From positions 64,001 to 128,000 of IMG/VR virus record IMGVR_UViG_3300042275_000327: a stretch of 64,000 bases of DNA. One strand, given 5' to 3'. The translations under genes were made by a program, and so were the position numbers. Shown piece by piece: positions 55,941-64,000 of this stretch; position 1 is the stretch's first letter; every line of letters begins with the position of its first letter. The DNA is from a virus. Its lineage: Duplodnaviria > Caudoviricetes. The notes under the pieces were generated by a model that saw only the letters and a list, made by a program, of their open reading frames with translations, had not been told where the DNA came from and did not search any database.

Positions 55941-56573
55941 ATGAGAATTATAGAAGATTTTATTGATGATGAGTCTGATCTTTTGGTAAATAATTACGAA
56001 GATGAGTATCTTGAAGAGCCTAGTTATTCCATGGAAGATGAATACTTTGAAGAGCCTGCGGGACTAGAATATCCTATGGAAGACGAAGATGAATTTGAAC
56101 TTGAAAATTCAATGATCATCCCACAAGACGATTATGATGTTGTTCTTGAAAAAGGAGACAGAATCAAGATAGTTTCTAAAGATTTAAAAGAAGCTGTTGA
56201 TCTTAGTGAAGTTGACTTCAACGATTTTGTAAGTCAAAAATTTCACTATGAACCCTTGATTAGATATTTTAATGATCTGAATATTCCTGTTAAAGATATT
56301 GTATTTGATGAGGATTTAAGAAATAACACGATAACTGCTTCAGCTGGAAAATGGATCAGACGTGACTTAGGAATATTTTCTTATGTTCTAAACTCAGTTG
56401 AGTTAAAAACATTTGGCTCTAGAATTATAGAAAATAAGTATGGACACCCTGTTTGGGTAACAACTTGGGCTATGGAGTATGAGACTAGAGATAAAGGAGA
56501 AAATGGTATTTCATTTACAACTTCTTGGTGTGATCTTCTAGACTATACTTGGCAATTTCAAGGCAAAGGATAA
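55941..56573 (+). CDS. LEKGD-tag protein
   Basis: MRIIE leader, acidic region, IPQDDYDVVLEKGDRIKI, LKE, unique C-terminal domain. Confidence 0.7.
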   Translation: MRIIEDFIDDESDLLVNNYEDEYLEEPSYSMEDEYFEEPAGLEYPMEDEDEFELENSMIIPQDDYDVVLEKGDRIKIVSKDLKEAVDLSEVDFNDFVSQKFHYEPLIRYFNDLNIPVKDIVFDEDLRNNTITASAGKWIRRDLGIFSYVLNSVELKTFGSRIIENKYGHPVWVTTWAMEYETRDKGENGISFTTSWCDLLDYTWQFQGKG

Positions 56574-56575
56574 TT

Positions 56576-56911
56576 ATGAGAATTATACATTTAGAAAAAG
56601 ATGAAAAAACTAGAGTAACCTTCAAAAATTTAAAAGAAGCAATAATAACCAAAAGTGGTTGGGTCTATGATCCTAGAAATCAAGCAATGAGTGGATATCC
56701 TACTATTGAAAAAGAAGTAGAAAATGTTCTTATTACAATTTCTTATGGTGCAGATGATATTGATCTTCCATTTGAAGTGAATATAGAGGATGAATTTAAT
56801 CAAGAAATTAAAAAGTTTGCTTCAATAGAAGGAGTAAAGAGATATATTTATAAATATTACAGACTAGTTCTTAGTAATAAAGATTTCTTTACTCTTATTG
56901 GTGATAAATAG
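56576..56911 (+). CDS. Array protein with truncated tag
   Basis: MRIIHLEKDEKTRVTFKNLKE; start revised to 56576. Confidence 0.6.
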   Translation: MRIIHLEKDEKTRVTFKNLKEAIITKSGWVYDPRNQAMSGYPTIEKEVENVLITISYGADDIDLPFEVNIEDEFNQEIKKFASIEGVKRYIYKYYRLVLSNKDFFTLIGDK

Positions 56912-56936
56912 AAATGTCAAAACAAGGAAAGATGGT

Positions 56937-57362
56937 ATGAGAATTATAAATCTAGATGAGGAAGAAGAAAAGAAAAAAGAGATTGTTGAGATACAGGAAG
57001 AAGTTCGAATTCTTCAAGATGATCAAGAAATCATTCTTGAGAAAGGTGATAAAATACAAATTCTAAAAGAAAATAATTTTGATTTAGAAAATTTGATAGA
57101 TCAAACAATTTCTAGTATGGAAGGTTATTATGTTGGTTCTCCACGAGGAGAAACAACAGAATTTATTCTTGATAAACCTTTTATTCAAATTAAGAGGGAT
57201 ACATATGAATTTTGTGGATTAGATAAAATAAGTCATAGAAACATAGCTTTTCCTATAACAAAAAAGTCTATAGAAATTAAATCTGTAGATCATGGATTTT
57301 ATAAAATAAAAGGAAATCATCCTCGTGGTAATTTTATATTTATCCAATTAAAATTAAGATAA
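56937..57362 (+). CDS. LEKGD-tag protein
   Basis: IVEIQEEVRILQDDQEIILEKGDKIQILKE; start revised to 56937. Confidence 0.7.
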   Translation: MRIINLDEEEEKKKEIVEIQEEVRILQDDQEIILEKGDKIQILKENNFDLENLIDQTISSMEGYYVGSPRGETTEFILDKPFIQIKRDTYEFCGLDKISHRNIAFPITKKSIEIKSVDHGFYKIKGNHPRGNFIFIQLKLR

Positions 57363-57399
57363 GACAGTAGACATCCTATAAAATGAAAGAGAGCAAGAA

Positions 57400-57813
57400 A
57401 TGAGAATAGAAGAAAACATAGTCAAATTGGAAGACGATATTGTTATTAGACAGGATGATAGAAAGATCATCCTAGAAAAGGGTGATAGAATAAAAATTCT
57501 ATTAGAGAATATAGATACTGATTTATCTTCAATAAATTTTCTTTATTCAAAAGGATATAAAAAAACAAGTTCAGCTCTTCCAAATAATTATACACTTTTA
57601 CCAACAAGAAAAAAGTGTTCCTTCAAAGAATTACTTAAAACTCTTTCAAGAGACAACTTTTCTATGACTAAGAGCTATGTTGATATCCTTGAGAATAAAG
57701 TTTTTGTCTTTAGAGGATCTAGAGAACTATCAGATTCTTATATTAGTATAACAACCCTTGATGGGATACTCATAGATTCTGTCAGCATTTCACATCAAAA
57801 AATTGGAGATTAA
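57400..57813 (+). CDS. LEKGD-tag protein
   Basis: IVKLEDDIVIRQDDRKIILEKGDRIKILLE. Confidence 0.7.
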   Translation: MRIEENIVKLEDDIVIRQDDRKIILEKGDRIKILLENIDTDLSSINFLYSKGYKKTSSALPNNYTLLPTRKKCSFKELLKTLSRDNFSMTKSYVDILENKVFVFRGSRELSDSYISITTLDGILIDSVSISHQKIGD

Positions 57814-57853
57814 AGAAAAGCTATATTGGAGCTGATTCATAGAGGAAAATAAT

Positions 57854-58717
57854 ATGAGAATAGAAGAAAAGAAAAAAGTCAGAGTTGGAAAAGTTAAGAA
57901 AGATAAGTCTGGAGAAGACTGGATTGTTCCTGTCTATGTAGATGGAAAATTTAATGATGATATGACTTATTATGCAGGTAATGGTAAAGAAGCTAAAAAA
58001 GACGCTGAAGGTACTAGAGACCAGATGATAAAAGATATGAAGAACTCTAAAGAGTATGAACTAGAAGAAGATTTTGAACTTGAAACAGAAGAGACTATTA
58101 TTGATTTGAAAGATGATATTGTTATCAGACAAGATGATAGAAAGATTATCTTAGAAAAAGGTGATAAGATCATGGTTATCAAAGAACGATTCGAGCCAAA
58201 CGATATTCTTACGCTGAGTTCTGGATTCTTGGCAAGATATGCTGGAAGCAACAAGTACAATGACATCGAGAGATTTCAGAACAAGCTCTTTATTTGGGTT
58301 CGTGATGAAGTTGCTGAGGGTAGAAGATTCAATTCTCATGTTGATGCTATTGAGGCATTCATTGCTGAGAGGGATGAATATCGAAGAACTCACAATACCT
58401 ATGAAATTGAAGTTTTCGAATCAGTGAAGATTTCTCAAGAAGATCATGACATCATCTTGGAGAAGGGAGATAAGATCAGAATTCTTGAGGATGAGAAATT
58501 CAACTACATGATGCTTGATAGACTCAGACAGGATTGTGTTTATGCAATTAATCAATCTAAAAGTACTAGACAACTTTGGGGAAAGACTGTTGATGCACAT
58601 ATAGCAGAAATGAGAAGACTGTATAGCTTAGTAAAAGAAAAACCAGAGTGGCTGTCTCTTGAAGATATTGATATGTACGAGAAAGAGCTGAAGAAGTTAG
58701 AAAAGTCTGGCAAGTAA
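57854..58717 (+). CDS. Double-tag polyvalent protein with C-terminal LPD11-like domain
   Basis: Two tags; C-terminus FNYMMLDRLRQDC...LW......I.EM..LY....EKPEWLS.EDI..YE. Confidence 0.7.
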   Translation: MRIEEKKKVRVGKVKKDKSGEDWIVPVYVDGKFNDDMTYYAGNGKEAKKDAEGTRDQMIKDMKNSKEYELEEDFELETEETIIDLKDDIVIRQDDRKIILEKGDKIMVIKERFEPNDILTLSSGFLARYAGSNKYNDIERFQNKLFIWVRDEVAEGRRFNSHVDAIEAFIAERDEYRRTHNTYEIEVFESVKISQEDHDIILEKGDKIRILEDEKFNYMMLDRLRQDCVYAINQSKSTRQLWGKTVDAHIAEMRRLYSLVKEKPEWLSLEDIDMYEKELKKLEKSGK

Positions 58718-58745
58718 AATATATTTTAGAACGAGGCAAGAAAAA

Positions 58746-59414
58746 ATGAAAGAAAATGTAATTGAAATTCAGGAAGAAATCAGAATCCCTCAGGGTGATC
58801 AGGAACTCGTTCTAGAAAAAGGTGACAGGCTCAGAGTTTTGGAGAGAGATGTTTCTACTTATAAAGCTCCTAAAGGTAAATCTTGGGATGCTGTTGTAAA
58901 GGAACTTGAAAGACAAGGTGCTGAGTCTGGAAAAGACTATGATCTTATAGGATCTGAAAACTTTTGGGTTAGCTATAAGTTTGATAGTCCTGAGTTACAG
59001 AATATTTTAAAGAAAACTTCAAAAAAGGAAGTAAAAATGAAAAAAATTATTGAAATCAAAGAAGACATTAGTCTTAAACAAGACGACAAGAAGATTATAC
59101 TCGAAAAAGGCGATAAAATTCAGATTTTGAAAGAGGATGAAACTCTGACATGGAAAGAATTTAAGAATAGAAAACTTCTTCACAATTCTTTGTCAGAATT
59201 TGTTCTTGAAGTTTTTTATCAAAAAATTAAATTTAATGGCGTTAACGCTAAAGCTGAGCTTGTTGCAGGAATATTGAGGATCGTTCCAGCAAGAGGAAAC
59301 ATTCTTCTTATAACTCCGGAGAATTCTGATATTGTAACTATCTATGAAGAATTCAACTATGGGTTTAAAATTCAGTTAGATGCTTTAGGCGCTGTTTTTT
59401 ATGGATATTACTAA
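58746..59414 (+). CDS. Double-tag protein (apparent in-frame fusion of two units)
   Basis: Two tags; internal AAGGA plus in-frame ATG at 59037. Confidence 0.7.
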   Translation: MKENVIEIQEEIRIPQGDQELVLEKGDRLRVLERDVSTYKAPKGKSWDAVVKELERQGAESGKDYDLIGSENFWVSYKFDSPELQNILKKTSKKEVKMKKIIEIKEDISLKQDDKKIILEKGDKIQILKEDETLTWKEFKNRKLLHNSLSEFVLEVFYQKIKFNGVNAKAELVAGILRIVPARGNILLITPENSDIVTIYEEFNYGFKIQLDALGAVFYGYY

Positions 59415-59444
59415 GATTAAATTCTGCTAAAAAGGAAAAGAAAA

Positions 59445-59732
59445 ATGAAAGAAAATGTGATTAACATACAAGAAGACGTTATTATTAAGCAAAAAGACAA
59501 GAAGATTATCCTTGAAAAAGGAGATAGAATCAAGGTTTTGAAAGAAGCTAGGGCTCCTAAGATGAAAGTAAATCCTGCAAAAGATTCATTAGAGAAAGAT
59601 ATTTCTAGTATTTCAAATACATTGTCTAACATGATTGATACTGCAGGCAATAATTACCAAACAGCAAGCTTTGCTAAAATTTTGAAGTCAATAAAGAAAA
59701 AAGTTGATGATCTTATTGTTCCATATTTTTGA
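59445..59732 (+). CDS. LEKGD-tag protein
   Basis: VINIQEDVIIKQKDKKIILEKGDRIKVLKE. Confidence 0.7.
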   Translation: MKENVINIQEDVIIKQKDKKIILEKGDRIKVLKEARAPKMKVNPAKDSLEKDISSISNTLSNMIDTAGNNYQTASFAKILKSIKKKVDDLIVPYF

Positions 59733-59819
59733 GAATAAGAATGAAAAAGAGTCTAATATAATTTATATGATAGTATAGACATTTTAAAAAGATTCATCTA
59801 CCATGATGTAGAAGGAGTT

Positions 59820-59850
59820 CAGGAGTCATTAAGGTGACTCCTGCTTTTTT
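59820..59850 (+). terminator. Intrinsic terminator closing the tag-protein array
   Basis: caggagtca/tgactcctg stem followed by a T run. Confidence 0.85.
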
Positions 59851-59903
59851 ATGGAAAATAATATGAAATTTTTAGTACACTCTTTATATAAGAGGAATTA
59901 GGA

Positions 59904-60479
59904 ATGACAGAAATAAAAGATTTTGTAGAGAGATATGTAAAGTTTGTTGATAAGATGATTTCTTCTTATAAAAATATAGGAGATCTTATCAATGAAGATT
60001 CAGGAGAGATCACTCCTGAAAAGATAAATTCTGCTCTTGCTCTTTACTATAATACTTCTCTTGCTCTGACTGCTGAATATCAAAGACAAAAAATCAACTA
60101 TGAAGCAGAATCAATTGAATTCAAAGCTTGGGAGGATAGAAGATTTGAAGAAGCAAAGAAAGCAGTATTTCAGGAATATTCTGACACAAAGATCAAACCT
60201 TCTGTAAAAGAATTTGATACAAGAATGAGAATCATGTTTGCTGACGAATGGAAAGAGAAGACTATGTCTCTTACAGAATCAGAAGCAAGAATGAGATTTC
60301 TATTGAGACTCTCTGACAATCTTCAGAAATATGATAATATTCTCACAACAATATCTTACAATATGAGAGCAGAAATGAAGTCTCTGTCTTTGGATTCTAG
60401 AATGAATTCTAATCCTGAAGGCGTGACAAGAAATAAGATAAGAAGCAGATTTCCAGCACCTAGAGTAAAAGAGGAATAG
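59904..60479 (+). CDS. Coiled-coil protein, possibly a UvsY-like recombination mediator
   Basis: Helical 191-aa protein with UvsY-like layout ending ...S..MR.E. Confidence 0.4.
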   Translation: MTEIKDFVERYVKFVDKMISSYKNIGDLINEDSGEITPEKINSALALYYNTSLALTAEYQRQKINYEAESIEFKAWEDRRFEEAKKAVFQEYSDTKIKPSVKEFDTRMRIMFADEWKEKTMSLTESEARMRFLLRLSDNLQKYDNILTTISYNMRAEMKSLSLDSRMNSNPEGVTRNKIRSRFPAPRVKEE

Positions 60480-60483
60480 AAAA

Positions 60484-62406
60484 ATGAATAGAAAAATTTT
60501 GTTAGAAAACCAGATTAAGAGATACAATTATGAATATTATGTTCTTGGAGAATCATCAATATCAGATGTTCAATTTGACAAGCTATATGATGAATTGAAA
60601 GAAGAATTTCCAGAAAGTGAAGTATTGAATTCTGTTGGAAATGATATGAAAAATGGATTTCCAAAAGCAGAGCATCTAATGGTCATGGGAAGTCAAGAAA
60701 AGATAAAGTCCGAGAAACAGCTTTCTGACTGGGTAGAAAGAAAGAATATACAATTTCCTGTGATCCTTGAATGGAAGTATGATGGAATATCAATTGAGCT
60801 TCAATATGAAAACGGAGCTTTTGTCAGTGCTGTCACTAGAGGAGATTCAAGAATAGGAGATGAAATTTCTCATAATGTAAAGAAGATGCATGGAGTTCCA
60901 ATGACTTTGGAAGATCTTTGTTTTACTGGATCTGTTAGAGGAGAAATTGTACTATCTAGACATGTTTTCAAAGAAAAGTATGCAGATGATTTTGCTAATC
61001 CTAGAAATCTTGCTTCTGGAATGGCAAAAAGTAAAGAGGGAAAAGGATGTGAAGATCTAACTGTAATTTCTTATGATGTAAATTCTCTTTCTAGAACTTT
61101 TGATACAGAAGAAGAAAAATTCTTTTTCTTAAAGGATAATGGATTCTATCTTTTCAACTATATTGAAGCATCATCAGTTCAAGAAATTCTCAAAATTGCG
61201 GATTTTTATAGAGGACAAAGAGAGTCTTTCAATTTCTCAATTGATGGAGTTGTAATAAAGCAGAATAAGATTGATCATGAGGATATGAAGAATATTCGAC
61301 CTGATACTCAGAGAGCTTTCAAGTGGGAAGATGAAGGAGAAGATACTGTTCTAAGACATGTTGAATGGTCTAGATCAGGAATAACCTATACTCCTATTGC
61401 TATCTTTGATCCTATTGAAATTGAAGGATCTACAGTTTCCAGAGCTTCTCTTGCAAATGAGAGTCTGATAAAAGATCTTAATCTTGCTATTGGAGATACT
61501 ATTCTTGTCACAAAGAGAAATATGATTATTCCTAAGATAGAAAAAGTAATTTCTAGACCTTTCAATAGAGTCCAGATTGATCCACCAACTATCTGTAGTT
61601 GCTGTGGAGACTATTTGGTTAGAGATAATAAGAAGTTATATTGTCCTAATGAAAGTTGTCCAGGAAGGTCAGAGCATCGTATTGGAAAATGGTTGTCTCT
61701 AATGGGAATAAAAGGTTTTGGCTCTGCTCTTCAAGAACATCTATTTGATAATGGATTCCACGACATAAAAGATTTATATGATGAAGAATTGATTAAGAAA
61801 GCTTATGATGCAACAAATCTGAAAGTGAATTTCGAAAAAGCTTTCAATCAGCTTCACTCTATAAAAAAGATTTCTCTTTCTAAATTTATGGCTGGATTTG
61901 ATATTGATGGTATTGGAGAAAGAATATTTGAAAATATCATAAATTCTGGATATGACTCTCTGTCTAAGATTCTTTCTATTGCAGATACTAACGAAGAAGA
62001 TCTTCTGAAGATTGAAGGGATTGGAATAGAGCGAATCAAAGTTCTAAAAGAAAATCTCAAAAAACTTTCTTTAGCTATCATCAATACTAAAGAAGCTGTT
62101 GAGTCTGTAGGTACAAAGATAAAAGAGAAAGAAGAGAAAGAGATTTCTACATATTCTCTTGATGGAAGAAAGATTTGTGTTACAGGGAAGCTTGAGAATT
62201 TCAAACGAAAAGAAATTGAGGAATTTATAAAGACTAATGGAGGAGTCCCAGTTTCTGGAGTCAATAAAGAAACTGATATTCTTGTGACTAATGATTCTAC
62301 TTCTGGAAGTTCTAAATTGAAGAATGCAGAAAAGTTTGGCACTCAGATTATCTCAGAAAATGATCTTATTGATCTTGTGAAAGGAGAAAAGGAGAATAGG
62401 TTATGA
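60484..62406 (+). CDS. ligA: NAD-dependent DNA ligase
   Basis: YY...S.ISD..FD, KYDG, TRGD, RGE, NPRN, DGVVIK, Zn finger, C-terminal BRCT. Confidence 0.95.
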   Translation: MNRKILLENQIKRYNYEYYVLGESSISDVQFDKLYDELKEEFPESEVLNSVGNDMKNGFPKAEHLMVMGSQEKIKSEKQLSDWVERKNIQFPVILEWKYDGISIELQYENGAFVSAVTRGDSRIGDEISHNVKKMHGVPMTLEDLCFTGSVRGEIVLSRHVFKEKYADDFANPRNLASGMAKSKEGKGCEDLTVISYDVNSLSRTFDTEEEKFFFLKDNGFYLFNYIEASSVQEILKIADFYRGQRESFNFSIDGVVIKQNKIDHEDMKNIRPDTQRAFKWEDEGEDTVLRHVEWSRSGITYTPIAIFDPIEIEGSTVSRASLANESLIKDLNLAIGDTILVTKRNMIIPKIEKVISRPFNRVQIDPPTICSCCGDYLVRDNKKLYCPNESCPGRSEHRIGKWLSLMGIKGFGSALQEHLFDNGFHDIKDLYDEELIKKAYDATNLKVNFEKAFNQLHSIKKISLSKFMAGFDIDGIGERIFENIINSGYDSLSKILSIADTNEEDLLKIEGIGIERIKVLKENLKKLSLAIINTKEAVESVGTKIKEKEEKEISTYSLDGRKICVTGKLENFKRKEIEEFIKTNGGVPVSGVNKETDILVTNDSTSGSSKLKNAEKFGTQIISENDLIDLVKGEKENRL

Positions 62407-63251
62407 ATGAACCTGTCAAAATTATTGCTGAAGCGGGACTGAATCATAATGGAGATATTGACAAAGCAAAGAGATTAATTGATATTGCTTCTGTTGCAGG
62501 TTGTAACTATGTTAAGTTCCAAAAAAGAAATCCTGATCTATGTGTTCCAGAAGAGCAAAAGAATATTTCAAAAAAAGTCCCATGGCGAGAAGAGGAAACT
62601 ACTTATCTTCAGTACAAGAAAGATATTGAATTTTCAATTGATGAATATCAGTATCTTTACAATTATGCATTATCTAGAGGAATGATTCTTTTTGCTTCTA
62701 TTTGGGATATTGAATCTGCAGAAGAAATGAGTAAACTTACAGACATTGTAAAGATTCCTTCTGCTCTTGTGACTGATCTAGAACTTTTAGAATTCTGTAG
62801 TACAAAATTTGACTATAAGATATTAAGTACAGGAATGAGTTGGGAATCTGAAATAAGAGAAGCTGTCAAAATTTTTGGTCCTGATGTAATTATGCATACT
62901 GATTCTGAATATCCTTCAAAAGTAGAAAATCTGAGGTTAGAATATATAAAGCATCTAAACAAATTATATTACTCTACAGAAATTGGATATAGCAATCATT
63001 TTTATGGTCTTACACCATGTTTTGCTGCTGTGGCTCTTGGAGCAACTTGGATAGAAGTTCATATTTGTGAAGATCATAGAGATTGGGGAACTGATCAGTC
63101 TTCTAGTGTAGAGCCTGCAGGACTGATCAAACTTGTTAGAGGAATAAGAGATCTAGAACTTGCTTTGAAAGGAGATAGATTTAGAGAACCAACAGAGGCA
63201 GAACTTAAAAAAAGAAAAATTCTTAAAAATAATAAAAAAGGGGTTTACTAA
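62403..63251 (+). CDS. neuB: N-acetylneuraminate(-9-P)/nonulosonate synthase, no C-terminal SAF domain
   Basis: IIAEAGLNHNGD, VKFQKR, KIPSA, LSTGMS, H..S.YP, GYSNH, E.H, DQ.SS. Confidence 0.9.
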   Translation: MNEPVKIIAEAGLNHNGDIDKAKRLIDIASVAGCNYVKFQKRNPDLCVPEEQKNISKKVPWREEETTYLQYKKDIEFSIDEYQYLYNYALSRGMILFASIWDIESAEEMSKLTDIVKIPSALVTDLELLEFCSTKFDYKILSTGMSWESEIREAVKIFGPDVIMHTDSEYPSKVENLRLEYIKHLNKLYYSTEIGYSNHFYGLTPCFAAVALGATWIEVHICEDHRDWGTDQSSSVEPAGLIKLVRGIRDLELALKGDRFREPTEAELKKRKILKNNKKGVY

Positions 63252-63284
63252 ATGTTCTATATAGTATAATATATTAATGTAAGG
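63244..63284 (+). promoter_or_regulatory. Putative early (host sigma-70) promoter
   Basis: TTTACT-N17-TAATAT followed by ATTAATGTAAGG; matches 25616-25656. Confidence 0.7.
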
Positions 63285-63305
63285 TAATTCAAAGGAGATC
63301 CAAAA

Positions 63306-63602
63306 ATGGAAAACAAAAATCAGAAGTTAGCAAAAATGTGGGCAAACGAAGCTCTTCAGGAGATGATCTGGGCATATGAGAATTCTCTAGAAGACTATGG
63401 TCCTGAGGAAGAAGACTATCAGATTGCAGTAGAAGTTCTTAGTCTTCCTCTTGATCAGATGGTAAAAATGGTTGCTGACGAAGCTCTTTCTTCAATGACA
63501 AGAGTCTGGACAGCTAACAATGGAAAGTTTGCTGGAAGAGAGTTCATTGAGAACTATATCAAAAAAGAATTGGTCAAAAACGGATATCCCAGAAAATTTT
63601 AA
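63306..63602 (+). CDS. Small early hypothetical protein
   Basis: AAGGAG RBS; downstream of early promoter. Confidence 0.7.
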   Translation: MENKNQKLAKMWANEALQEMIWAYENSLEDYGPEEEDYQIAVEVLSLPLDQMVKMVADEALSSMTRVWTANNGKFAGREFIENYIKKELVKNGYPRKF

Positions 63603-63615
63603 GGAGAAAACAAAA

Positions 63616-63777
63616 ATGTGTGTAATCAAAAGAACAGATTCTGGAAAGTATTGGAGTGAATGGGAATGGATGGAAAATCCTTGGGATGCAAGAAAATACA
63701 GCCAAGAAGAGGCAGAAGCTGGAGTTGCTTTCTTTCGAACTCTAGATATTCCTTGCGAGATTGAAGTTCTGTATTAG
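63616..63777 (+). CDS. Small early hypothetical protein (53 aa)
   Basis: AAGGAGAAAACAAAAATG; start revised to 63616. Confidence 0.65.
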   Translation: MCVIKRTDSGKYWSEWEWMENPWDARKYSQEEAEAGVAFFRTLDIPCEIEVLY

Positions 63778-63846
63778 AAGTTTGACTGGAAGCTCTTCAA
63801 AAGAGAGCTTCTGGGTGAAGCTTTTTAAAAAAGGAGAAAAACAAAA

Positions 63847-64000
63847 ATGTTGAAAAATGTTATCTTTAATTTGAAAATGGTAGATCCTGAAACAAATCAG
63901 CCTTGGGCTGTAGTTTGTGGCTACACAGATGATACTTTTCTAGAAGAGAACAAACCACTTGTGGTATTTTATGATGAGAGATATCCAAGTCAGCTGAAGA
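63847..64000 (+). CDS. Hypothetical protein, partial (runs off window edge)
   Basis: Nearly identical RBS-spacer AAGGAGAAAAACAAAAATG; open to the end. Confidence 0.6.
   Translation, partial: MLKNVIFNLKMVDPETNQPWAVVCGYTDDTFLEENKPLVVFYDERYPSQLK

Noticed and set aside
55941-59732. Possible CRISPR array or diversity-generating retroelement repeats
   Set aside because: Repeats are degenerate at synonymous positions and conserved as protein; no identical direct repeats, no cas or reverse transcriptase gene
59733-59903. tRNA or ncRNA in the largest intergenic gap
   Set aside because: No cloverleaf or T-loop consensus; explained by a terminator and a promoter-like sequence
1-64000. Stop-codon recoding as seen in some large phages
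   Set aside because: Conserved genes are full length in the standard code and TAA, TAG and TGA all end genes

Overview
AT-rich, gene-dense segment of a large lytic tailed dsDNA phage with a T4-like head module, standard genetic code. Genes run on the minus strand to ~34.1 kb (neck, protease/scaffold, portal, major capsid, putative internal proteins, primase, a nonulosonic/sialic-acid glycosylation operon, type II topoisomerase subunit, sigma-like factor, dUTPase, family A polymerase, SNF2 helicase, 5' nuclease, clamp) and on the plus strand after that (SSB, transcription factors, RecA, SbcC/SbcD, RuvC-like resolvase, class II RNR, a thymine hypermodification cluster, a tandem array of small tagged proteins, NAD ligase, NeuB). 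Highlights: (1) a ~30-aa tag (I.I.ED..I.QDD.KIILEKGD.I.IL.E) found 10 times in 8 ORFs and fused to unrelated cargo domains (ferritin-like, LPD11-like and others), suggesting a modular capsid-loaded effector system; (2) a 5-hmdU pathway combining a DNA kinase, two glycosyltransferases, a cytidylyltransferase and a HAD-kinase, in which the DNA-acting enzymes share a basic-LF C-terminus; (3) an apparently late-expressed sialyltransferase/GT8 operon plus NeuB; (4) three promoter-like motif classes, some inside hairpin loops. All assignments come from motif recognition by eye; no searches were run and the host cannot be determined.
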